Below, one piece after another: positions 50,927 to 60,345 of a stretch of 64,000 bases of DNA. The translations under genes were made by a program, and so were the position numbers. Within the stretch, counting starts at the first letter, position 1, and every line of letters begins with the position of its first letter. The notes beneath the pieces are model-generated. The model made no database searches. It had not been told where the DNA came from and saw nothing but the letters and a program-made list of their open reading frames with translations. This DNA comes from Tetramitus jugosus (Eukaryota > Protista > Heterolobosea). Location of the stretch: NCBI GenBank assembly GCA_937625935.1, contig OW569385.1, forward strand, positions 186,001 through 250,000. The letters run 5' to 3'.

Positions 50927-53900
50927 TCAGTCAAAATCAACGTATTGGACACATTTGAAGCAGAAGCACGCAGAACAAGCAAGACAGATGCAACAAGTGA
51001 GCATCAATCCAGATATCATGACAGGAACAAACACAGCAGACATGTAACCAGTTAAAGCCTTGTCCAAGAGTAGCGCCACTAGAATACTTGCAATCTGGAG
51101 TGGTAGGATGACACATGGACCACAGCATCCCACAAGTGCAGTCGAGAATGTGATTGCATCATTTTCCTCTTCATTTGAGTTTGAGACGCCAGATGCGACA
51201 CAACAAGTAATAGGGCAGAAGCACACGAGTGCTGCCACAGTGAACCACATGGGCAAGAACAGTAGAGAGTACTTTGTCTTGGAGAATGCGAGACCGTCAG
51301 CCTTTGCAGCCAATAAACCAGCTTGTAAACAAAATATGGCATTCATGAGCACACATAGGAACCACACGAGTGTAATAAAGAAACGACTCGACCCCTTCCA
51401 GGTCTGATCACCGTCCATGGGTGGAAAGTCAAGCAAATGAGTGAGTGGTTGCTTGTCTCTCACGTGGCGAATTACAATCGGAGGTACAATCAACAGAGCA
51501 ACCATGAGTGCATAATTGGGTATGAGAGCATAGGAGAACAGAAACGAACTACGATTGACCAATAACTTGACATAGATCATGCAGATGCACAGCGGTAAAC
51601 ATCCGAGAGACCATGACAACAAATTGATTGCATCGATTGACAAGTGATCCGTCGATCCATCAATGTAGTTCCTTCGATTGGCTGGAATTTCGAGTTTGAG
51701 ACGCTCAGTACGGTCATACCACTTTTGCTTGTACCGATTCAACAGATAGGGATCTGTCAATAGACCGGAGAGTATGACGAGATAGCTAGGAATCGACAGC
51801 ACAGCAAACGGTAAGAATGTGAGCACATGATTCAATGTTGTATGTGCAATCTTTCCATCCACATAGAGTGGATAAATAAAAATTTGTGTCAATAGACCAA
51901 TGAGGAACAATAGAGGACACAATGCGCCGTACAATGCTTGATAGAGCACCTGGAGTCGTATCGATTTCTTGTACTTGGATTGGCACTTGGTTCTCTCGAC
52001 ATTGACCACACCTCTCTTGCACAACTCTCCGATAAACAATTGTCTATAGTCTGTCTCGTTCAACATTTCTTTGCCCTTGTCCATAATTTGAACCAGTCGT
52101 GCTCTTCTCTTTTGACGTCTCTCGCTTCTGAGCTCTCTTTGCTTCTCAGCAGCAGGATTTTGCACCTTTTTCTCAGTATTGTTCTTATTCTTGTTATTGT
52201 CTTCATCATCTTCATCATCATCATCATCACTGCAATCATTGTCATCATCATTGTTCTCTGGTCCATAATAAAAAGTCGAAGGTTGTCGTTCAATCTTGTG
52301 CATGAGTTGCAACTTGTGCTCCAGTGATAGCACATCCCAATTGAATCCATCTTCCAACTCTTCTCTACGCCTTCTCTTCAACTTGCGAACCACATCAAGT
52401 ACTTCTTCTCTCGTGACACGATTTCCTTCATCTCTTCTTGCATCACCATTGTTATCATCATCGTCATTATTGTTGTTGTTATTATTATTATTATTGGCAT
52501 TATTATTATTAATATTCTTATTATGAAAAGAAGAATAAGAAGGTAATCCATGCAGAGAACAAATACACTCCAAGTAGAGTCGAGCAGCATCATTGTGCTG
52601 TGTATCCGTTCTGTCACGCAACTCTTCACTGTTGGCCATAAACTCCAATGCTCTCAAACTTCTCAGAATAGTTGGGCCAACATCATTTGACCATGCACTG
52701 CGATCAACAACACTACCATCAAACGTTGGAGATGGAGTAGATGCAGATTGATGATTCAAACGAACCATCAACTCACGCACATTACTCGTACTGTTCATAA
52801 TTTCATGAATGAGTTCATCATCTTCATCATTGTTTAGACCAAGTGTTTCTTCATCATCATCAGCACCACTATTACTGCTACTACTGCTACTACTATCATT
52901 ATTATTATTATTGCTATTATTATTGTTGTTACTGTTCTTCTTCTTCTCACAATAGTACTTCATTTCATTGTGAGAGTACAAGTGATCGATACACGCCTGA
53001 TAAATGGCATCTTGATTATCGTCGTCATCATGATCCGTATGAGGAGAATGATCCATTACAATTCTCTGTTCATCATCAACATTAGCAACATTATCAACAT
53101 GATTATCATCATCATCATCATCATATATAAGACTCAGTTCATAGTACCGACGTTGTTTCTTCTTTTGTTGTTGTTGTTGTAGTAGATGATGATTCCGATG
53201 TTCAATGTATTGAAATGTGTAGATGGCTCTAAAGAATCGATGATGCGCACGGAGTAAATTGATTCGAAAGGCTTCTCTGACCCACAACTCATAATGACTC
53301 GACACTCGGTTCATTTGTTGATTGACACATCTCAGTTGCAACAGTGAACGATAGGACAGATAGTAGCACATGTGAATCAACATGTGATCTGGAATGTCCA
53401 TCAACTGGCGAACGACAAGTGAATCATGAATCCCTATTCTGTTCAATTCAATGTTACTGATCAAACTGTGTGACTGCTGTGATGGTGGTGGTATTGGTGG
53501 TTGATTGGACAATTGCATCATTAATCGATTACCACTACTATTATTATTGTTATTATTATTGTTATTATTGTATAGTGGTTGTGGTTGTGGTTCTGTTGCA
53601 GCAGTTTCCATGTCATACTCTACTACATGATGATTATTGTAGGCTGATGGTGGTGGTGCAATAGAAGATGATGATGATGTAGCAGTGTTCTTGAGATGAA
53701 TGAGATGATGACTGCTCTGTTTGATCATTCGACTCATTTTTTTCAACTTTTGCATCACAATCTCACCCTTATGATGGGAATCATTGTCACTATCACTACT
53801 ACTGCCATCACTCATCATCAGTATACGATCATTATCATCATCATCATCATCGTTGTTGTTGTTAATAATAACATTGTTCAGATGGAATAGTGATATTGCG

Positions 53901-54106
53901 GATGTTGAAGATGATGATGGTTGTTGTTGTTGTTCTGGTGATGATAGAGAGTAGAATGAACTTTGTCTGAATGCTGTAGTCAATGGAACATGCTCATCAT
54001 TATCTTCGTCATCATGATCACGTCGATCAGTATCATTGTTGTTATGATGATTATTTCGAGAAAACATGTTGTTGATGATTTGTTTGTTGTTTTTTGCAGG
54101 TGACAT
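50927..54106 (-). CDS. F-box protein with multi-pass C-terminal membrane domain
   Basis: LMDIPDHMLIHMCYYLSYRSLLQLRCVNQQMNRVSSHYELW; about eight TM helices with K.DG...YSLLFLPMW pattern (TMEM185/203-like). Confidence 0.75.
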   Translation of the reverse strand: MSPAKNNKQIINNMFSRNNHHNNNDTDRRDHDDEDNDEHVPLTTAFRQSSFYSLSSPEQQQQPSSSSTSAISLFHLNNVIINNNNDDDDDDNDRILMMSDGSSSDSDNDSHHKGEIVMQKLKKMSRMIKQSSHHLIHLKNTATSSSSSIAPPPSAYNNHHVVEYDMETAATEPQPQPLYNNNNNNNNNNSSGNRLMMQLSNQPPIPPPSQQSHSLISNIELNRIGIHDSLVVRQLMDIPDHMLIHMCYYLSYRSLLQLRCVNQQMNRVSSHYELWVREAFRINLLRAHHRFFRAIYTFQYIEHRNHHLLQQQQQKKKQRRYYELSLIYDDDDDDNHVDNVANVDDEQRIVMDHSPHTDHDDDDNQDAIYQACIDHLYSHNEMKYYCEKKKNSNNNNNSNNNNNDSSSSSSSNSGADDDEETLGLNNDEDDELIHEIMNSTSNVRELMVRLNHQSASTPSPTFDGSVVDRSAWSNDVGPTILRSLRALEFMANSEELRDRTDTQHNDAARLYLECICSLHGLPSYSSFHNKNINNNNANNNNNNNNNNDDDDNNGDARRDEGNRVTREEVLDVVRKLKRRRREELEDGFNWDVLSLEHKLQLMHKIERQPSTFYYGPENNDDDNDCSDDDDDEDDEDNNKNKNNTEKKVQNPAAEKQRELRSERRQKRRARLVQIMDKGKEMLNETDYRQLFIGELCKRGVVNVERTKCQSKYKKSIRLQVLYQALYGALCPLLFLIGLLTQIFIYPLYVDGKIAHTTLNHVLTFLPFAVLSIPSYLVILSGLLTDPYLLNRYKQKWYDRTERLKLEIPANRRNYIDGSTDHLSIDAINLLSWSLGCLPLCICMIYVKLLVNRSSFLFSYALIPNYALMVALLIVPPIVIRHVRDKQPLTHLLDFPPMDGDQTWKGSSRFFITLVWFLCVLMNAIFCLQAGLLAAKADGLAFSKTKYSLLFLPMWFTVAALVCFCPITCCVASGVSNSNEEENDAITFSTALVGCCGPCVILPLQIASILVALLLDKALTGYMSAVFVPVMISGLMLTCCICLACSACFCFKCVQYVDFD

Positions 54107-54486
54107 GTGTTGTTGCTTTGATGGAACAGGACACAGGTTCGATCGGGGGAACTACTTTTTTTTTCTGTTCCAGAACAGAAGATTTACCGAATCGGATCTG
54201 AAGATTACGGCCAGATTACCTGCTTACAAAAGTCAGGAATTGTTTCAAATGTTGTTTTTATTGTTCTGTATGTTTCTTGTTTAACCTTTGCCCTTGTTTG
54301 ATAATGAATATTGTGAATCTGGGTATCCTCACACTTCATCCTTGGTGGTGATGATGAACTGGTGAGTCAACTCATTCAATTCGTTGTGATTATTGATGTA
54401 TCCCTCCCTCTCATATGATGGTCTCTCATTTTTTTCAGTGTTTTTTTTGTCATAGATTGTCTGTTGTTAGGTCATTGATCAAAGTT

Positions 54487-55839
54487 TCAATGATCCTTCA
54501 TGGCCAGTACTTTGGTTGCTGGAACAGCATACAAGTCATGATGAGGAACGACACTCGTTTGTGCACTCTCATGATCAATCATCATTCCAGCGTGATGATC
54601 AGCAGCAGAAGAGGCAATCTCATGATCCTTATTATTATTATTACTATTGTATGCAATCATGTATCGATATCTTCGATTATTGTTGGAGCTATCATAAGGA
54701 TTATGATTGTGATTATTAATGATACCTGATGTGTTTCTTCTTCTGTCCTTGTCACTCAATGACAACAAATCCAAGTATTGTTGATATTGATTCAATTGTG
54801 ATGACGATAGTTTTGTATCATACATCATCTTCTTTTGTTCCTTCTCATCTTCATGATGATTCAATGATTTCAATGATTCATCTTGCATCACACTACTATT
54901 TGTTGTTATTGTTGTTGTTGATAAAGATGCTGAAGATGCTGCTGATGAAGATGGAGAAATGATTTGAACAATGACTGGTTGATACTCACATGTCACACAC
55001 TCGTGATTCCATTGGATGACTGGTGAGAGAAACAAGGATTGTTGACTCGTCATTCTACGATACATTTCCTGATACAATTGTTGCATGGCTTCCATTTGTA
55101 ACTCGTACAAAATATCAGGGTTATTGAATCCTAGGAGGTTGGCCACTCTTGGTTGCTTCTTCTGAATCAATTCATCCAATCTTGTTCTCTGCAATGGAAT
55201 GGAAATCATGGTTCGTTGTGCTTGAACAGACGAAATAACAAAATGACACTTGTACACTGGATCATAAAACAGTGTAATGGATGAGTGATGCATGGATTTG
55301 AATCGAGTCATTTGCATCGAATAGAGATGATTGTTTTCATCTAGACCCATAATGAATCCATCATATGACACTGATTGTTGATACTTTTCTTTTTGTTCTT
55401 CTTGTTGTTGTTGTTGTTGTATCAATTGTTCATTCTTTTTTGGTTGAATGATATTCTTTTTGTTGTTGTTGTTGTTGTTATTGTTGTTATTGTTATTGAA
55501 CAATAATTGAGACAACAGTTTGTTTCTTGGTTGTTTCTGTTGTCGTTGAACAAGTGAACAATGATCCATGAGCATCAATGATGATACATCTTCATTCTCA
55601 TTACTACTATTATGATTATTGTAATGACTGGATGCAATAGAGACAATGGATGGTAACACTTCTTTTTTCGCTTCATCATCATCCTTTTCAACATTGACAA
55701 CTGGATGATTATTGTTGTTGGGATGAACAAAAGAGAGTGGTGCTGGTGGTGGAGGTGCCATCAATTGATTACGCTTCTTCATGACTTGATTGGGCATTTT
55801 GACTACACGAGTCAAAAAGTTTTTCAAGTGAGTGGGCAT
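54487..55839 (-). CDS. Hypothetical low-complexity protein
   Basis: 450-aa ATG ORF with N/Q/S tracts and a short globular-looking core. Confidence 0.6.
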   Translation of the reverse strand: MPTHLKNFLTRVVKMPNQVMKKRNQLMAPPPPAPLSFVHPNNNNHPVVNVEKDDDEAKKEVLPSIVSIASSHYNNHNSSNENEDVSSLMLMDHCSLVQRQQKQPRNKLLSQLLFNNNNNNNNNNNNKKNIIQPKKNEQLIQQQQQQEEQKEKYQQSVSYDGFIMGLDENNHLYSMQMTRFKSMHHSSITLFYDPVYKCHFVISSVQAQRTMISIPLQRTRLDELIQKKQPRVANLLGFNNPDILYELQMEAMQQLYQEMYRRMTSQQSLFLSPVIQWNHECVTCEYQPVIVQIISPSSSAASSASLSTTTITTNSSVMQDESLKSLNHHEDEKEQKKMMYDTKLSSSQLNQYQQYLDLLSLSDKDRRRNTSGIINNHNHNPYDSSNNNRRYRYMIAYNSNNNNKDHEIASSAADHHAGMMIDHESAQTSVVPHHDLYAVPATKVLAMKDH

Positions 55840-56116
55840 TCTATTCTTCTATTTATGATTACTACTACAGTGACTGTTTTGACTACTACTACTATACTAG
55901 AGCGATGGAGGGATGAAATTTACAAGGGGTGTATGACCAATCACGCAAACGTTTTTTTTTCGTCTTCTTCCTGTGATGAAGCTTTTTTTTCTTGGAACGC
56001 AGATGTTTTTCCCGACATCCCGACAACCTTGAAAGATCTGAACAACCCAAAAGCAACAACAGCATCAAAACCATCTGTGTGATCAAAAATAACACAATCA
56101 TCACATTGGTAGTAAA

Positions 56117-56878
56117 ATGAGTAGTAGTACAAGTGAATTACCAATACCTCAATCCATTGATGAAAAGATACGATACTCTACCCTGTTGAAAGAAGAAGGA
56201 AATGCGCTCTTCAAACAACAACAATACAAGAAGGCGATTCGTAAATACAAATTCGTATGTAGTGTCAGTCTCATACTCTCATACTCTCATACTCTCTCTC
56301 GCACACACACACACATGACTATCATCATCTTTTCACAACAATGTGAATGATGATGATGGTCATCCAACTCATCCACCACCATCCATCACCATACATAGCA
56401 CTAACATACAACAAAAACACAAACAAACAAAACAAACAAACAAACAAAACAGATATCATTGTATTTGACAGGATTAGAGAATCCGTATGAGTCATTGACC
56501 TCTCCTTCCAAACATGTGAAAATCAAGGAACAAACCAAGCGTCACATTGAACAATTGTTGGTGACTGCTGATTTGAATTTGGCACAGTGCTATCTCAAGC
56601 TTCACCCCACTCCAGACTATCAAAAAGTCAAGGAATACACGAGCAAGGTTCTATCAAAGGACTCGAATAACATTAAGGCACTTGTGAGGAGAGCACAGGC
56701 TCACTTGGGACTGAAAGATGTAGAAAATGCAAAACAAGATTTATTGAAGGTTGAATCGTTGGATGCCAACGCCAGCAGTGATCCACTGGTCCAGCAATTG
56801 TATCAGAGATTGAGTGTCATGGACATGGAGCAGACGCAGAGACAGAAACAAGTGTACAGGAGAATGTTTGGTCAATAA
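56117..56878 (+). CDS. TPR protein, TTC9/FKBP-TPR-like; exons 56117-56254 and 56453-56878
   Basis: LKEEGNALFKQQQYKKAIRKY; LNLAQCYLKL; NIKALVRRAQAHL; YRRMFG; intron GTATGT..cactaac..AG. Confidence 0.85.
56410..56450 (+). repeat. (AAAC)n tract between intron branch point and acceptor
   Basis: acaaaaacacaaacaaacaaaacaaacaaacaaacaaaac immediately before AG 56451-52. Confidence 0.8.
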
Positions 56879-56947
56879 TAAATCAATAGTTGTAACAACC
56901 AGGAACCATGCGACTCGTGTACCGAATTCGGATGAATACAACGTGAT

Positions 56948-59215
56948 TTATTTCTTCAGTTGTGCTGCTTCAAAGAACAGAATTTTATCCCTGAGGCTGC
57001 CTCGGGGATTGGTTGGTAGTTGAGCGGGAGTCGTTACTGTTGGTTGAGGTTGAACTGTTGTTCTTGTGGGTGTGGGTGGTTTTGTCTGCTGTGGTGTGGA
57101 AAGCAATGGTGTTGGTTGCTGAGTGGTTGATCTTCTTGATTGTATCAAGATAGGTTGTAGGTTTGCTGTGGGTTGTTCCACCGTTTGTTGCATTGTGGAT
57201 TGTGGTTCAGGACTACTTCTTCTTGCTGTGTCTCCAGAGAACTGAATTTCAATAACCTGTGGTGCTGATAGTATATCCTCTTCTATTGGTTCAGTTTCTG
57301 TACGAATGATGCTTTCCCCTCCAATCTTCAAGTTTTGCTCCTCGGTTGAGCTAGCCACAGTGGTAGATTCTGGATCGAGAGGTTCACTCCCTTTGGTTGT
57401 TTCTTTGCTCGCTAGAGGTTTCGCTTGTGGAATTGAGAGATCTGTCGATTCAGCACATTCTCTGCAACTTGAGATTGGAGTTTTAATCTCTCTATCTGAC
57501 GGTATTGGCTTATGGGGAAGGTTGGGCAAACTTTTCTTATTTGCCATCTTAGATTGAGCATTATTGAGAGTTTCCTGGTTCATAATGAACGTACCAGGGT
57601 TAGGATTGAAGCGCACTTTTTCGGCCTTGGATTCATCTTTCACTTCACTGCGTAGTTCCGAAAACCTACTAACCTTATCTATATCTCCATTGGGGTCATG
57701 AACCTTATCGACTTCAAATATAGTGTCTTGATCAAGATCAGTGTTCTTTTGATTGTTTAGATTATCAATCAGCGTCGAACTTTTCCTGAAACTTCGGCGA
57801 GATTTGATCTGACTCACCCTTCTTGATTGAGAATTCTCGTGTTTTGTTACTTGCCCATCTTTTTGAATCATTCGAATTTCAGTTATCAATGGTGAAGTAG
57901 AATTATTGGTTTCTTCAACAGTGCCCCAAGTCTGAATAACTTCCTTAATTGAAGAACCGGGGAGTGTTACAGTAAAAAAATTTGAGGTGAAGGAGCTCGG
58001 CATGTCCGTTAGAAGCTGTTGTAGGTGTAAATGTCTTTTTGTCATTGGATCTCTCATTCGATAAAGTTGGAGCTCGTCAACTGCAGAGAGCAAATTTTTG
58101 TCTTTGCTTCTTGCACTAACGAGTATAGAGGATACCGACTCTCTCTGATTGTTTAAAATCTTTAGTTGCTTCAAATTCTTCTCATATAGGATATCTTTGA
58201 GTTCCAATGCTCGTTTCTCAATCATCTCTATTATCTGTTTCATTCCCGAATCAATGGCCTTCATTTCCTTCATCCAATCAGCCTCAAGTCTATGAATGTT
58301 ATCTTCAATTGACCTTAATGAGTTCTCAGCCTTATTACTGATGGAAAAGGTTCGATCTATTAGAGTACATAGTTCTTCTTTCTCTTCTTCAACAATATCA
58401 GATAGGAATTGACACTTATGCGTTTTGTGATCTGTTAAGGCACAATCCTTACAAATCAACTCTCCACAGTCACATAGTATAGAATATTTTTCAATTGGAT
58501 GAACCTTACAATGATTATTTGACTTTTCTCCAGAAGAAATAGGCTCTAAAATGTGGTCTCTTGTTTTCCCCTTTCGATGCAAAAGAGTATGGGGTTCACA
58601 TAAATGTAAATCACAAGATTTACAGAGGTTTGTAGCTCCACTAATTTCATCCTCTTGCAGACAAAAGGTGCAATTGTGCATATGGACATTATCTTCAGCG
58701 TCGTTCACTAGTTGTAAACAATCTAGGAAACCTTTGATATGAAGACACGTTGGTATCTCACTCAACTCACACCTGATCTCCATTGAACAATGAGGGCAAT
58801 TACTGGCATTGTTCTCAATGTGTTTCTCTAAGCAATCCTCACAAAATAAGTGCCCACAGGAGAGTAGCTTCGGTTCAAAGAAGGAGTTATTGCAGAGTGT
58901 ACACTCAACTAGACTCTGCAGAGTTGGTAGAGGAGAGATTGGATGTACTTCCAAGAGAGATTTGTATTCTGTTGAGTGAGTGTGCCTACCGCCAGCTTCT
59001 CCATTGGGGTCATCAGGCGATCTATTCTCCTCCGTTGCCGGAGAGCTGAGCTCCATACCAGCTCTAGTTATTCTTGAGATCGCTAAATCCATCGGTGTCA
59101 TCAGTTGTTGATTAGTCTCACTCGGTTCGTAGATAGCTTCTCCATTCTCATCGAATCTCGTACCAGGACGTATCGTTAACCTACGAAACTTCTCAATTAT
59201 CTTATTTCTAATCAT
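56948..59215 (-). CDS. TRIM/RBCC-type protein (RING, B-box1, B-box2, coiled coil, P/T/Q tail)
   Basis: CTLC..PKLLSCGHLFCEDC..CPHC; CTFC..CKSCDLHLCEPH...H; CKVH..CDCGELICKDCALTDHKTH. Confidence 0.88.
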   Translation of the reverse strand: MIRNKIIEKFRRLTIRPGTRFDENGEAIYEPSETNQQLMTPMDLAISRITRAGMELSSPATEENRSPDDPNGEAGGRHTHSTEYKSLLEVHPISPLPTLQSLVECTLCNNSFFEPKLLSCGHLFCEDCLEKHIENNASNCPHCSMEIRCELSEIPTCLHIKGFLDCLQLVNDAEDNVHMHNCTFCLQEDEISGATNLCKSCDLHLCEPHTLLHRKGKTRDHILEPISSGEKSNNHCKVHPIEKYSILCDCGELICKDCALTDHKTHKCQFLSDIVEEEKEELCTLIDRTFSISNKAENSLRSIEDNIHRLEADWMKEMKAIDSGMKQIIEMIEKRALELKDILYEKNLKQLKILNNQRESVSSILVSARSKDKNLLSAVDELQLYRMRDPMTKRHLHLQQLLTDMPSSFTSNFFTVTLPGSSIKEVIQTWGTVEETNNSTSPLITEIRMIQKDGQVTKHENSQSRRVSQIKSRRSFRKSSTLIDNLNNQKNTDLDQDTIFEVDKVHDPNGDIDKVSRFSELRSEVKDESKAEKVRFNPNPGTFIMNQETLNNAQSKMANKKSLPNLPHKPIPSDREIKTPISSCRECAESTDLSIPQAKPLASKETTKGSEPLDPESTTVASSTEEQNLKIGGESIIRTETEPIEEDILSAPQVIEIQFSGDTARRSSPEPQSTMQQTVEQPTANLQPILIQSRRSTTQQPTPLLSTPQQTKPPTPTRTTVQPQPTVTTPAQLPTNPRGSLRDKILFFEAAQLKK

Positions 59216-59390
59216 TCCCAGTGAGATTCAAGTCTGTTTTGAGAGTGAGAGTTCAACAGGACGAACCTTCAGTCGTTCTGTAGCCAACTTGGAAGGTTTT
59301 CGCGCCCGACAGTTGCCGCCCTTGTTTACAACATTACAGGGTGACAGACACGCACGAAGAAACACAAAATTCTGTACAAAGTTTGAAGTT

Positions 59391-60200
59391 TTATTTGTTT
59401 TCGACAAGGTTTCTGATTGCCTTCTCTTGTTGCTCAAACAATTGTTTCAATTGCTCCACTTGCTCCTTCTTTATCCTTTGCAGAGACTCCCTCAATTGTT
59501 TGTTTTGAGTCTTGTTGGTTTCAATCAATTGTTCAATCTTTTGATCCAACGCTTCTCGTTCATGCTTACTCTTGAGTTCAATCTGATCCTCGATTTCACG
59601 GAAAATATCCTGACTCATCAATTGTTGATGTTGATTGAGTGCTTGTTGAATCTTTTGTTGGAATCCACTGACGATTGAAGTGCCTCCGAAGCCAGAGTGA
59701 CCAAACAAACCAGAATGACCTGACCAATTGGAACTCAACTGATTGTGCTGCGAGATCCAATTCTGTTGCACATTCTGTTGATAGCTCAACGTCTGACTCA
59801 ACTGTTGTTGATAAAACTGGAGCAATGTGCTCAAGTCATTGTTGGATCTGCCCAGGCCACCGAATCCTGCCCCTACTCCAAAACCACCAGTGGCAGCTTG
59901 ACCTCTGCCTCGATCGAGAAAACTTCTTCTCACTTGTTCATCCTGGAACAACTGCAACAGATCGAGTTGTGATTGAACAACCATATCAGTCAATGTTTTC
60001 CTCAAGTCCATGAGTTCAATCATTAGAAATGGTTCCTTGTATCGTTCCTTTGATTCTTCTTCCTCATTTTGTTTTTCAGCAGAATTGTTGGTGGAGATTT
60101 CCTCACAGTTCGTCGTGTCCTCATTATCATCGATGTGATCTTTGGATGAAGAGGCTTGTTCTGTTCTTTTTCTCTTGGCTGCAGGTGCTTCGTTGGACAT
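59391..60200 (-). CDS. Hypothetical protein with NLS-like N-terminus, GFG patches and coiled coil
   Basis: 269-aa ATG ORF; AKRKRTE; GGFGVGAGFGG and GLFGHSGFGG. Confidence 0.65.
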   Translation of the reverse strand: MSNEAPAAKRKRTEQASSSKDHIDDNEDTTNCEEISTNNSAEKQNEEEESKERYKEPFLMIELMDLRKTLTDMVVQSQLDLLQLFQDEQVRRSFLDRGRGQAATGGFGVGAGFGGLGRSNNDLSTLLQFYQQQLSQTLSYQQNVQQNWISQHNQLSSNWSGHSGLFGHSGFGGTSIVSGFQQKIQQALNQHQQLMSQDIFREIEDQIELKSKHEREALDQKIEQLIETNKTQNKQLRESLQRIKKEQVEQLKQLFEQQEKAIRNLVENK

Positions 60201-60345
60201 GATTGTTGTTGTTGGGTAGGCAGGGGTGTGTTTGTTTTTTCTCTCTTTGGGGTGGGTGAGTTTGATTGATGGATGGGAACCACATTATCCAGTTCTTCCT
60301 GGAAAAATAAAAAACAGTCTCTGTTCACAAAATTGCAACAAAAGC

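Noticed and set aside
59690-59890. GLFG/FG nucleoporin call for the 269-aa gene
   Set aside because: Only about four FG dipeptides, too few to support it
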